DNA from: Callorhinchus milii
Lineage: Eukaryota
DNA length: 64,000 nt
Reading direction: 5' to 3'
NCBI RefSeq assembly: GCF_018977255.1
Contig: NW_024704743.1
Location: 113,708,001 to 113,772,000 of the forward strand
Position numbers and translations under genes: made by a program. The notes beneath the pieces are model-generated. The model was given only the letters and a program-made list of their open reading frames with translations, had not been told where the DNA came from and did no database searches. This document shows, piece after piece, positions 24,625-37,470 of the stretch (position 1 is its first letter; every line of letters begins with the position of its first letter).

Positions 24625-24830
24625 ATAATATAATAATCCTTGCATTTATTAATAATAATAATAATCCTTGCATTTGATATAGCGCTTTTCACGCCTTCTA
24701 GACGTCTCAAAGCGCTTCACAGAATAGACTGTAAAGTGAATTGACTGTACATTTGTGGGCGAAAAGCCGCAGCTAATTGCACACAGCAGTGTCCTACAAA
24801 CAGTGGTGGATTGAGTGACCAAATTATTAT
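24625..24830 (-). mobile_element. SINE 3' half with duplicated tail
   Basis: aataatccttgcattt occurs twice, then the body runs to gattgagtgaccaaatt. Confidence 0.85.
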
Positions 24831-26459
24831 GTTTTCAACATATTTATACTTGTTGTAGTCGCTGGTGACCTCAGCTACCACAAAAAATGCAGGCAGACTT
24901 GTCCCTGCAGATCTTTGTGGATCAGGTGGCATAACCAGTCACAGGCTCCCTGTGAATCTCAGCTTCCTCATGCACTGCTTCTCTCTTATCCCAAGTTACT
25001 CACTGTATTGGAGTTTACCTGCTGTGCTGTAACTTGTAAGCCTCTTATAGTTTCATGTTCCTTTGTCTTTCCACTTCTCTCCCTGCCTTAAAAAAACACA
25101 TGTATATCAGTGCATATCGCTTTGGCTGTGTTCTAGGTCATCATTTGTAAACCTCTTATTTTCCTGCTCGGTGTCCTCCATTACATTAGTAGTTGTTGTG
25201 CATCAAGTGGTTATTTATATAAGTGTTTCACATTTGAACCTAACCATTCTTTTTATACTTGTTGTCACAACAGCAAACAGTCTTCTATCTTATTATGGTA
25301 AATATGCAGCGCACCAATATAGAAATACAGTTTCATGTGGTTTACTATATGCATTAAAAAAATACAGGGGGAAAATTCAATCTGTGATGTGCTAATTATC
25401 ACTAGTGATATATTATATTAGAAGTTTTCGTCTCTCAATGTCTCAGTCAATGCTACAATGGTTAGGCCTGATGCCACAAGGAGACACCATTGATCTAGCT
25501 ATGCTGGCTATTGAATTTGTCGCTCTTTGAATCACAGCATTTCAGTGCCAGTTCTCTGGGTACTATCTTAACTCAATGTTGTGTTTGTTCATCTGTATTC
25601 TGACAGCAACTGAGACTTCAGCACAGAACATGGGGTATGCGATAATATTACCAGTGATAATCATCACTGCGCTCCGAGACTCTACCATGCCTGAAGGGCA
25701 CGATATAAATTCAAGTTGTTGTTGTTGTATCACATCAAGGATCATTTTCACCCCATTCTTTGCTGATTTTTGGAAACATTTGGACCTGAAAATAGTTTGA
25801 AGTTACACATCACATGTGAGTTTAATTCAGGAAATTAATCCTCAATATTGAACCCTGTAGCAGCAAAGCAATCTTGTTTAAACATGTACATTACGTACTG
25901 TCTAGGTTTTTTTTTGAAGCAGTGATTGCTGGGAAAGTGTATCTCATGATTGGTGGGTGGATAGAGGGGGTAAAAAAGAAAGAGGGAACTGACATTTCTG
26001 GCTTGGGAATATGGCAATCAACAGCATGGCTTCCTGCCAACTCCTCTCGAATGCTGAAAATGCTAAAAACTTTGGAGAATGTAAACAAACTCTGTGTTCT
26101 GAGAAGCAGAGTCATCAGGGACAGATCTGTTAACCATCAGTGGGCATGTTTCATCTCACCGCTTGTTTCACAAAGTTAAAAGAAGCTTTGTATACCTGAC
26201 TGCAGACTAGAGCTGGGAATTTGTGGCACAGGAAACCATTGCCTTCCCCTCAGGCCTTTAAACAGACAATATACAGTACGCTATTCTTCACACATCTTCC
26301 CTTAGGCAATTACTGAGCAATGCACACACACTCAATAGCAAGAAGTCAATTTTAGGGCAACACGAAACTTTTTTATATATATATATAGAACTTTACACAG
26401 AGATTATGAACATGTTATTGAGTCAGGGCATTTGAAGGTCACTCATTTTTAGTGATAAA

Positions 26460-26680
26460 TAATAATATAATAATAATCGTTGCATTTGTTATAGCGCCTT
26501 ATCATATCTTCAAGACGCCTCAAAGCGCTTCACAGAATATACTGTAAAGTGAATTGTCTGTATATTTTGTGGGTGAAATGCAGCAGCCAATTGTGCACAG
26601 TCATGGATTGAGTGACCAATTTTTTTAAAAGTAATTATTACCCCCGCAAAAACGATCCGCCAATTGACTAAAAACCAGGA
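26460..26680 (-). mobile_element. Long-form SINE 3' part
   Basis: Tail, body and cgatccgccaattgactaa segment. Confidence 0.8.
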
Positions 26681-26924
26681 TAAATACAGATATTCAATAT
26701 TACAACTGACTATATATTCTGTGAAGGGCTCTGAGATGTCTCAGTGATGTGATATAGCGCTATATCAACTGCACGGAATAATATTATTATTCAAAATTCT
26801 TGCAGAATTATATTAAATTTCACAAATACTACTTCCAAAAAATACCACTTTGAAAAAAAAGAACAAGTCATTTCCAGATACTGGACTAATGAGGTCCCAG
26901 GACTTTATCTGTGGAAATATATTC

Positions 26925-27748
26925 TGTGCAAATGGCTTCTCCTCCAGCCCCCACACCGTCTCGAGCAGTGTTCCTCAGGGCTCTGTCTTCGGTCCCCTCC
27001 TCTTCACCCTCTACATGCTCCCCCTTGTTGACATCATCCGCAGACATGGGGTAAATTTCCACATGTGCGCGGATGACACTCAACTCTACCTCTCTGCCTC
27101 CACCCTGAACTTGAGCTGCACCCTCAACCTCACTAAGCCAGTCAGAAACCTGGGTATCTTGTTTGACCCTGAACTGTCCTTTCTCCCCCACATTCGCGCC
27201 ATGACCGGCACTGCCTACCACCACCTCCACAACATTGCCAGACTCTGCCACTGCCTCACTCCTCAGGCTGACGAAATCCTCACCCATGTATTCATCACAT
27301 CAAGGCTCGATTATGGGAACAAGATCCTCATCCTCACCTTCAAGGCCATCCATGGCCTTGCCCCCTCCTACTTCTCTGATCTGCTGACTCCCTATCAACC
27401 TGCCCGCTCCCTCCGTTCAGCGGGCTCCGACCTGCTCCATGTCTCCCGCCCAACCGGCCCTACCATCGGTGACCGGGCTTTCAGCCTCTCTGCCCCCAAA
27501 CTCTGGAACTCCATCCCATGGTCCCTTCGCTTCCTCCCTTGCCTCCTTCAAGGCCGGTCTCAAGACCATTCTCTTCGACCGTGCCTTTGGTCTCCCTCCC
27601 ACCTCTCTGCCATCCCTCACCCCTACACCACCCCTCCCCCATGCTCGGGCCCTGACACCTGACTGTTCAGCCCTTTGGGACGTCCTTCCGACGTGAAAGC
27701 GCTCTATAAATGTAATTTTGTTGTTATTGTTATTGTTGTTGTTGTTGA
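26925..27748 (+). mobile_element. L2 ORF2 RT domain to 3' end, with internal deletions
   Basis: VPQGSVFGPLLFTLYMLPL..II.RHGVNFHMCADDTQLYLS (YADD changed to CADD), RNLGILFD, SRLDY, LWNSIP, (TTG)n tail. Confidence 0.95.
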
Positions 27749-28532
27749 TGTATTCTGTATTTTTTTCTTATGGCTTTTTATCTCTGACCTATTATTATTT
27801 TGCTTTTTAATGAGTTAATGTACTTCTATTAGGTCTGAAAATTGCAACGCTATCTGAGCTGCTGTTGTTTAATAGCCGTTCTTGAAGAAAAATGTAATTG
27901 CCCCTTGAAATTCAGTATTAATTAATGCTTTGGAATTGCCTTCATTATTCTTTCCAATTCTTTAGCCTTCCTGACACTCACTGATATCTACAGAAGTATT
28001 CTGCATTGGGTTTCTTTTTGCAAAGAAACATAGCATTTTAGGCAGCAAAACAAGTTCAAAATGTCCAGCAGACAGGCCAGTGTCACCAATGAGCTCTGTG
28101 CAACGGACTTCCTGCCAGCACGTTGCAATGTTTGATATACTAGTCTTTGCTTTGTATATTTTGGCTTTTCCTACCCATTCCCCGGAAATTCCCTTGGACA
28201 AAAAAAGATTATTTTGGAAGAAATTACAATAAACGTACCCGCTGAGCAAGGTCAGTCAGTTTTTCTCCTTCAATTGCAAGAACACATTTAGCATCAAATC
28301 TCTATCTCTACACAAAATTTCCTTTCAAGCCATAGCATCAGATAGATATCTGTTCCCCAAATCTAGTCTCAGCACAAGGTGAAAGGCTGTCCCCAATGTA
28401 TTTACATCAGGGGTTGCTTCTGCAATTTTATTGAAAGATTTGTGTGACAGATCTTCCAATGACTCTGCCTAGCGTAGGATTGATTCATAACTTCAACCAT
28501 AGATTCATAGATGATTCATAGATTGATTCTCA

Positions 28533-28948
28533 TGGAGTCCTGTATCATAATGGTTAGAGCACTCACCTCACAAGTGAGTAATTCCCAGGTACTGGGCTAA
28601 TGAGGTTTGACTCCTGGGCATGGCAAAATGTTAGGCAAGTTTCCTTACTCCACACACCTCTGTTTACCTAGCAATAAATGGGAACCCAGTTGTTAGTCGA
28701 TTGGTGGATCGCTTTTCTTTGGGTAACAATCTGTTCCAAAAACAATTGGTCACTCAATCCACGACAGTTTGTGAGACATTGCTGTGTGCAATTGGCTGCC
28801 GCGTTTCGCCCACAAAACATACAGTCAATTCACTTTCAGTATATTCTGTGAAGCGCTTTGAGACGTCTCGAAGATGTGATAAGGCGCTATTTCAAATGCA
28901 AGGATTATTATATCAAATGCAAGGATTAGTATTATTATTATTTTTATT
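28533..28948 (+). mobile_element. Diverged long-form SINE with duplicated tail
   Basis: tggagtcctgta head, ctctgtttacctagcaataa segment, and tcaaatgcaaggatta twice at the end. Confidence 0.85.
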
Positions 28949-31900
28949 ATAGAGATCAGTAGGGCTCCAGATTTATCAAAGAACAGAGCTGTTCTCATCT
29001 GGGTCAACATTAGAATTGGTCTATTCCCTGAACTTGACAGTGGAACAATCAGCCTGGCTAATTTGGCCCAACTAGTCCTTTACTTTGCATCATCTTCCAC
29101 CCATTCTAATCCCTCAATCTAGCTTTCTCCCCCCATCCCCCCATTAATCCTACATTCACTCACCACATGTATACATTGAGTATAGTTATATAAAGAATAT
29201 ATAAAGGTATAAAGGATGTAGCATTGTACCTGTGTGAAGTCCTTGGTTCATGTACACCACCAACCTGATATTACATGTATTGAATTAAACTTTGGTATTC
29301 ATATGTTAACATCATCAATTTTAATTTGTATCTCCTTGTTTTAGTTCACTCTCACTGTCTCCATAGCTGTGAAAATGCAACGTTGAGCATTTGTTGAGAA
29401 CTCATGAACTCATTTTCTTGGCTTTGTTCTGACTTAGCTATTTCTTCCCTTGTGTCTTAAGCTTCCTTTCTTGCCTGGCTCACACCCTTTGCCTTCTCTT
29501 TCTCTTTCCCTTGGCCTTTTTGCCATCTCACAATGCTTCTATTTTTCTTTCCGTACCTCCTGCCTTTCTGATTGACAACCTTCTCTTAATAGGGGCCTAT
29601 CCATACATCTTTAATGCGTCTCCTCTGCTTCCTCTCAACTTCTCACGACTGTATGCAGGAAACTGAGGTCTGATGCTGAATCCACCCATTCAGAACCTTT
29701 TCACCCAACATCAAGCCATTGTGCGTGCTTTACACTTTCACCCTCAGCATTCCCTACTGATCACACTGTGCATTGCATAAGATGTCAGGTTTACGCTAAT
29801 TCTTTTATTTTCTTACCCTCAGTCAATGCATGTGGGAAGAAAACCATGCAAGCGAACAGTTTGCATTCCACTGAACGCTGGCTTGTTTCAAGCAACATGC
29901 ATTTGCCAAATTGGAAGAGAATTGGAGCATCGGTTTCAAATAAAATGCTGGAATTCGAATATTATTGTATGAAGCTGAAGATTGAGCTTTTTCAAAGGGC
30001 ATAATTAATTGCTGAAGTATAAGTATAATCTGTACTGTTCTCACCGTCTCTCCTCTCTTGCTAGCTGTTGAATTGAACGTGGTAGAGAGAGCTCTTGGCC
30101 TCTCAAAGGCAACAGATTTTTTTGTTGCCTAATGGGGTGATTGCTAATCACTCCTGAGCCATCTGACAAGCACAATCCAGGAGATGACAAAATCAAAAAA
30201 AGTGTTCATTCAGCAAAACTAGTCCTGGGCCTGGCAAACTGAGATTCAACCATGAACCAACATTTACTGGGGTAACAACATTCAGTGTGTCATTGGGGCA
30301 AGTCTCGAATTATCTCAAAGACGTGATTAGGCGCTATATCAAATGCAAGGATTATTATCAGTAGTGACTGATGAGCATTATTGTCCGATTCTGCAGAATA
30401 GGTTTACTCAGGAGCAGAGGGGTGGTCTATAGTTCAAAAATTTCACGTTTTTAGCTGGTTAGACTCCAGCAGTAACCCAACTCTATGGTCCCCAAGCCTT
30501 GGCTCTTGTCAACCTAATCCTAATACTTTTCCGGTATTAGGTAAGCAGTAAACGTCCCTCCATTCCAACAATCTATCTCTGGAATTCCCATGTGGAGGTG
30601 GGATGCATGGAATTTTCAGGTTGGTTTGGATACCCTTTAGCATGGTGATGAGTTTCCGCATGTGTCAGACACCTGGTTGACTAAACAAAAATCAGCTACA
30701 AAAAATTTGTCTGTGAACAGAATTGGTGCAATAAAAAACATTGAATGACTGCAGATAGGGAGTCGGAGAAGTGGCCTCAAGCAAGTTTACAAGACTCCTC
30801 ATTGTTGAGAATTGTTATCCAGATGTTTAACTACTTGATTTTGTAATGAATGTCTCAAATAAAATAGTTGTGCTTGTATTTCTATCTTAACCTCCAATGT
30901 CTCTATGACTTTGACTTTTCTATTATTATTCTGCTGGGTACCATCAGGTTTCTCAGCAAGACTTGCATTTTATTGCATAAATCCAATATATTGGAGGGAT
31001 GCCCAAGTATGGTCAAGTCTGGACGCATGAAAAACACACTTTCAATCGTAGGATTTCCAGTTTGTTTATGTCCGGAAGGGAAGAATCCAATTCACTCCAT
31101 AAGATGTTTGACTAAAAGCTGTTGGAAATTGTTTGTAGGTCAAACAAGTTGTGAATCACACCACAGCCCTTATCTCTGCATAGAAAAACACCCTGTCTAA
31201 TTTCTTTGAGGGGCACTACACTGAATTTTATTTGGATTAGTTTTAATGCATGTAGCAAAGGAGGAAATTAGAATCCCTTTACAGATGACTCTCCATCTTT
31301 TTGCAATATGAATGTTTTAAGGTCTGTGGACTACAGCATAATGAAGCTTTGTACCAAGTGGTATTTGAGTCGAACAGGAAGCTATCTATGGATGAAACTT
31401 GATAACTCTCAGTAGCAATGCTTTCTCATAATTTTTCCTACTTGTTCAAACAGGGAGACTTTAGTGTTTGCCCAAGTGTTTATTTCATGTTATTTCTTCA
31501 TGTAGCAGAATTGTAGTTTATGTCTGAATCCCACTACTTGCTTTTAGTTAATCAAAGGAAACATATTTCAGAATTTGCATTCCTCAAAAAGATCAGACAC
31601 TGCGGACGGGCGGTCAGAAAATAGATACACCATTGGAAAATATGCCAACCCACAAAAGTCTCTGGAGGTTATAATGTACAATGCAAAGTATCACTCACTA
31701 ATGGTTCAGGGAGTATTACAACATGATGTGCCAAACAAGCTAAGAAAGTTAAATTCATAGTTTCAGTTAACCCTAATTCTGATATTAACCAGGGTGGGTC
31801 ACTATTGGCCTCAATGTTTCTGACCTCGGGAAGGGAGTAATCAATTACAATTCCCACTCTTAATGGAAAGTACGCCTCGAGAATAGACAGTAAAATTAAC

Positions 31901-32058
31901 AGTCCAACAACACTCAGCGCAATGATTCCTTGGACAATTGAAGAGTTTGAAAGATGAGTAGTATTCTACATTTATCTTCGAATCGCAATATTCTATTCTA
32001 GTCCCATGCATTTCTGATGCCCCTTTGTAGGAGAATAATACAGGTGCCCCTGCAGAAT

Positions 32059-32374
32059 TGGAGTCCTGTAGCTCAGTGGTTAGAGCACTCTCCTCGCAAG
32101 CGAGAGACCTGGGTTTGATTCCCAGCAGGGTGAAACCTTGGGCAAGTTTCCTTACTCCACACGCCTGATAATAATCTCTGAAGAAAAAAAACAATAATAA
32201 ATTCACTTCAATGGACGACTGTTTGTGGGACACTGCTGTGCGCAATTGGTTGCCACGTTTTGCCCACAAATATACAGTCAATTCACTTTACAGTACATTC
32301 TGTGAAGCTCTTTGAGACGTCCAGAAGACATGAAAGCGCTACATCAAATGCAAGGATTATTACTATTATTATTA
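32059..32374 (+). mobile_element. Full-length short-form tRNA SINE
   Basis: A/B boxes, body and (ATT)n tail. Confidence 0.92.
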
Positions 32375-32619
32375 ATTGTGTTGGGTTGTAACTAATGCGA
32401 TTCTAGATCTGCCTTTAACCCAGGAGAAAGTTCTGCAGAGCTTATCATGATCAGAAGCAAAATAATCTAAGATGCCTTGAGGAGGAAGATAAAGTAAGTG
32501 TTGTAGCCAAGGGCACACCTTGCAAAGTTGATGATTACAAAATCCTGCTTACTGAGTTTAGGTTTGGGCAGTATGCTGAGTGTGAATGGGTTGCACTTTG
32601 AAAAGATTGAATAAAAATA

Positions 32620-32768
32620 GAATAATTAAACAAATTGTTAAAGGAAATGGACAGATCACTGAATGTAGACTCTACATCCCTAGAGGAGAGAACAGGAAAG
32701 GAGAATGATACAGATGGCACAGACATCATAGGATGAATGGCTACTTTTTGTGCTGAAAGGTTCCATGC
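32620..32768 (+). mobile_element. Decayed CR1 3'UTR
   Basis: ggcacagacatcataggatgaatggctactttttgtgctg resembles the CR1 tail gacacgatgggccgagtggcctccttctgtgctg at about 54730. Confidence 0.5.
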
Positions 32769-33249
32769 CCCTTAATCCTACATTTTGGGTATCAGTGTCT
32801 CCCTTCACTTACCTCATCTTTAGACAGTTCTAAGTTGGGTACATGGAGTGCCATGTGGGAGCTAACTCATCCATCTTTCTCTGACATTCTCTTCCCATCT
32901 TGCTTTAATCACACAGCAGCACTTGCTATGCTGTGGAGAAGGTCTTTGGTGCAAACAGTATCATTCGCAAAGAGGGTGTGTGACGGCAGGGGGACTGTAA
33001 ACGAGAAAATATGGTAATAAAAACTAAATAAAAGTGTATTTCCCTTTTCTCTAATAAAAGTTTGCTTTGAAAAGCACCTTTGGGAACTGGTGAGAACTTA
33101 TATTTTTGAGTATATTATGTTGCACAGTTTGAGAAAATCAAAATGCAATGAAATATGCAACACACCAGCTTTGTTTTTTCAAGATGTTAAATGGAATCTT
33201 ATTGAGACCTTGGTCATAATACAAATTCCAATCCAGTTTGTTATTCCAT

Positions 33250-33370
33250 TATATACAATATAAAAATAAAATAAATATATAACATAATATAAAAACAAAA
33301 TAAAATAAAATAAATATATAATATAAAATAAATATATAATATAAAAATAAAATACTGAAATAAATAAAAG
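33250..33370. repeat. AT-only low-complexity tandem repeat
   Basis: Degenerate repeats of aatataaaaataaaataaatatat. Confidence 0.8.
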
Positions 33371-34139
33371 TCCACAAATGACAGAATCACTGCACTTTAT
33401 AATATATCCTGTGAAGCGCTGTGAGATGTCTCAACAACCTGATAAGGTGCTATATCAAATGCAAGGATTATTATTATAGTGACCTGATCAATGATGTGAC
33501 AATGTCTATAGTAGTGTATGTCATTTTTCGACATGGATTATTATTTCTATCTAACCACTTCAAATGCTCTATATTTGACGATTGCATAATGTTTTTAAAG
33601 TTAGCTCCATCAGGCTAGTTATCATTTCCATCCTACAAAGCTATGTCTCTGTCGGTTACATGTATCCAGTTTCAGATTCCAGTCAGCTTCCAGGGGACAT
33701 AGTTGCCATTTTGCATTCAAGTTCAAATGCAAAAACTTTGGAAAATCTTGAAGTCATTTGACCTGATGACAGGAATTTAAAAAATGTACTCAAAACTGAA
33801 TTTATCAGTTTTCTCTCGATTTCACGCAACTGAACCAAATTAAGAAAATAATTTTGGTCAGGAAAAGGACAATTCTCCCCAACAAGCCGATCATTATTTG
33901 ATAGTTCCAAAGCTAGCAAGCCTCCTTTTCATCATATCCCTCAGTCTTTTTCGCATTCCAGCCACATATGTCGTTGTCTCTTGAACCCATTTATATTGCT
34001 TCAGTTCTTACTGCTAACCTAGTCCACGAGTGTACCAACCATTTCCTTTTTGAAATGTAAATTTTCTGCTGAGGTCATAATTGTCTGAAGTAATAACATT
34101 TGCTACAGCTTTGATATGTCCTCGTCAAGTCGTTAAGGA

Positions 34140-34340
34140 GCTTTGATTGAAAGGAGGGAGGTATTGAGTGGGATATCAGGGGGTCTGGGCTGGAACCCTA
34201 CCTGCTGCTACCACATGTAAATCATCCGCATTTGCAGAATTTGTGAAAGGTAGTTCGAGCTGCAGACTACTCTAAGATAGAGAGTGCTGTGAAATCTGAG
34301 GAGACAGCTGAGATCTTGCTGGAGATCTCAATGGGGTGAT
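34140..34340 (+). mobile_element. Highly decayed CR1 RT core
   Basis: gaggtattgagtggg..cagggg (EV.SG.PQG-like), tttgcaga (FAD-like), tctgaggag...gagatct (EE...DL-like). Confidence 0.5.
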
Positions 34341-35582
34341 CGCTAGTAAAAGTGACCATATTTAACTTTAAACAATGACAGCAAGTAAGTCTAACACAGC
34401 AAATGTATGCACATGAAAGAGTACATAAAAATATATAAAATAGATGTTCGCAGAGATGTTAAGTCTTTGAGTCAGTATCCATTCCTTCCTGTCCTGATTT
34501 TTTTTTCACGTTTTACTCTCTGAACAACCTTTATATGAAGGGCTTCTCTGTGGAGCTCTGTACAAACATTAATTTCCTTTACCGGAGAGGATAGGCAAAA
34601 AAATCCCTTCAGAGGCTCCGCTCTGCAGAATGGAGGTTTCTGTTCATTGCTTTGTAGATCCCGAAATTTGGAAGTATTTTCAAGTCTCTACTAAGTACTA
34701 ACTAGTCAATCCCTCATATATTCCTTGTCACAGGAATGCAGCTCAACGCTAACACTGCATGATGTGCGCAAACCTGGTTTTAGATGCTTCCCACTGAAAT
34801 AAGCATAGGAATTTTATGGGAAAGGTAAGAGATTTTGTGGCTCATAACTAAGCATGGAACAAGCACACGTCATTCTATCCATCAAACCCACTGCACGGGT
34901 AACCAAGCATATTGCACTGCAAATCACCACAGCACTTCAAATGGACAAAAGAAAAGTTTTTGAAAGTTAGAAATAATTAGCAAAAAGGTTAAAATAGGCA
35001 AAACACAGAGAACAATTTATCAAATGAAACTCATCACATATTCACCCATGAAACACAGTCACTGCACTTTATACTTTACTGTGAAGTGATTTGGAATGTT
35101 TTCCTGATGTGAAAGGTACTACAAAATGCAAGGATTATTATATTCAGTGTTATAATTATCACATCACATCAGTTATAACACATCAAATGTTTCTCCCTCA
35201 ATCTGCTTGTTCAGTGGGAGAGAAAAATCCCTGGAATCATGTGGTAATATTTATAACATGATATTTGAAGCAGGCAGCCATGGAATTATATAATAATAAT
35301 CTTTGCATTTGACTTAGCATTTAGTCATGCCAGCATACCATCTCAAACACTTCACAGGATTTACTGTGCTGTGTAGTGACTGTGTATTTTGCAACCGAAC
35401 AACATAGTTCGCATATGCCTCCTCTCACTTTTATGTTTCACTTTTGTTTAAATTTGTGCTCCAGTGGGCGTTGAGAGTGTTGTATACATTAAAATAAAAA
35501 AGATGATTCATTCATGTCGAGAGAATTATTCTGCATAAGGTGAAGCTGAAGAACTGACTAACTGTACAGAGATGATTAGTCA

Positions 35583-35865
35583 TTGCATTTGATATTGCGC
35601 CTTATCAAGTCTTCGAGACAAATCAAAGCACTTCTCAGAATATACTATAAAGTGAATGGACCATATATTTTGTGGGCGAAACACGGCTGACAATTGCGTA
35701 CAGCAGTGTCCCACAAACAGTCGTGGGGGGTGGTGGAGAGATCCGCCAATCGACTAACAATTGGGTTCCTACTTACTGCTAGGTAAACAGAGGCGTGTGG
35801 AGTAAGGAAACTTGACCAACATTTCACCCTGCCCAGGAATTGAACCCAGATCCTCTTGCTTGAGA
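35583..35865 (-). mobile_element. Long-form SINE with truncated head
   Basis: Tail, body and cctacttactgctaggtaaacagaggcgtgtggagtaaggaaac, B box gaattgaacc. Confidence 0.85.
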
Positions 35866-36089
35866 GACTTTCAGCCACTGCACCCCGAAACTCAGGAACA
35901 CTCTCCCTCAATCCCTCCACCTTGTCCCTCTGTCCCCTTTTTCAAATCCCACCTGAAAACCTTCCTTTTCGACCGTGCTTATGGACACCTCCCCTCCGCC
36001 CCACCACCCCCCAGCTCGGAGTCAGGCTCACCACTGCTAAGTGCTCTGAGACACTGTGGAGGGCGCTCTATAAGTGCAAGTTGTTGTTG
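35866..36089 (+). mobile_element. L2 3' end abutting the SINE head
   Basis: FKSHLKTFLFDRAY frame and tail gcgctctataagtgcaagttgttgttg. Confidence 0.85.
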
Positions 36090-36653
36090 ATGTGTATCAT
36101 CCCATTGATTTTCCTAGCGTTGTCACCATTCATTTATAACTAAATGCGTCTTTAATAAAACAAGTATGCAAGGATCCATTTACAGTTATCTACTGTACAT
36201 ATAGGTGAAACTCAAAGGGAGAAAAGGGGTGGTTAGCAACTCAGGGGAAAATTCCACCTTATCCGGTGTTAAGTAATTGGGTAATTTCACTATTCCATTT
36301 GTTTCTTAATGGTTCTAATGACTAATGTAATCAAAAAAAAAACTTGGCTCCCACCCCCAGCCAGAAATGTCGAGTGTCTTGGGACATCCTCTCAACATAC
36401 TACATAAATATAAATTATAAACTGTAAAAATCTTCCCACTTTTCTTTCCTCCCCTCATACCATGTATCCATCACCTATAAAATAACAGCAGCATTAATAA
36501 GTTGTTTCCCATTCTGTGATTCCACAATTTGATTCTCAAAAATGAGTTAATTATGATTAAAGAGAAAAGTGAGATAAAACGCTAGCTTTCCCACTTACTT
36601 TTCTTTCATCCTTTTATCCCTTTTGTTTTTTTATTTAACAAGCCCATACACAA

Positions 36654-36900
36654 GGGATTGGGTGGCACAGTACATCAGAACGCTTCCTTTCACCTGTAGG
36701 CCCTAGTTCTGAATTCAGTCCACGCTGTGCCAATCAAAGGATTCTTTTGACCCTCAGTGAGAGCTTTAAGTGACTTGAGTTAAGCCAGAGCATCAACCCA
36801 GTCCCTGGAGGCGACACATCCATGGAACAAAACAGGGCTTATTTGGCAAAAATAAGTCGGCATTCTCTCAGCTCACCACGTGGGCAGCTCATGTGGCAAA
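36654..36900 (+). mobile_element. Ancient tRNA-headed SINE relic, LF-SINE-like
   Basis: cctttcacctgtaggccctagttctgaattcagtcca, gtgacttgagtt and cccagtccctggagg..acatcc...caaaac resemble recalled LF-SINE blocks. A related copy lies at 57780-58067. Confidence 0.5.
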
Positions 36901-37205
36901 TCGAGTAAGGTGTGTCCCTCGCCTTTGTTATACTAGGATTTTGACAAGGACCAGGACAAATGTGGTAGGAAAATCCTATAGAAAGCTGCCAATTCTAAAG
37001 CACCTCTGACTGTTAGCTACACCAAGAAGTATCTAAGATAATGGTCAAGGCGTGGAGTCTAGTGGAAACTCACTGTCTCAAAGCTCGGATGTGTTGGGTG
37101 ATACCTCCTGAAGAACCTCTATCTGATAACATGTTTCAGTGCTTTTTCCACTCAACCTGTATTGTTAATAATGTATGATATATTTTGGAATCATTAATAC
37201 GAAAC

Positions 37206-37470
37206 TCAGCCTGGCTCAGTGATAGCAATCTCGCCTCTGAGTCAGAAGGTTGTGGACACTCCCAGCATCCTGGCCAACAAAGCCCCCAAATAAAATTGGT
37301 TGGTCACTCTATGGCTATTTGCGGGACATTGCTGTGTGCAAACTGCCTGCCGTGTTCACCCACAAAATACATACAAACACATCAATTTAGAGTATATGCT
37401 GTGAAGCGCTTTGAGACATCTCAACAAAGTGATCAGGCACTGTAACAAATGCAAAGATTATTATTACTAC
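37206..37470 (+). mobile_element. Deu-type SINE with central deletion
   Basis: Head tcagcctggctcagtgatagcaatctcgcctctgagtcagaaggttgtgg joins directly to cctggccaac...ccccaaataaaattg and the shared 3' module. Confidence 0.8.

Noticed and set aside
26850-27662. 270-aa ORF as an active reverse transcriptase
   Set aside because: It is a 5'-truncated L2 with internal deletions and YADD changed to CADD, and it starts at a TTG in flanking DNA.
29817-29950. - strand ILFETDAP resembling the TatD nuclease motif
   Set aside because: No other TatD features flank it and a stop lies a few codons upstream, so it is a likely chance match.
33250-33370. Repeat-spacer or CRISPR-like array
   Set aside because: It is AT-only low-complexity sequence with no unique spacers, in a eukaryotic context.
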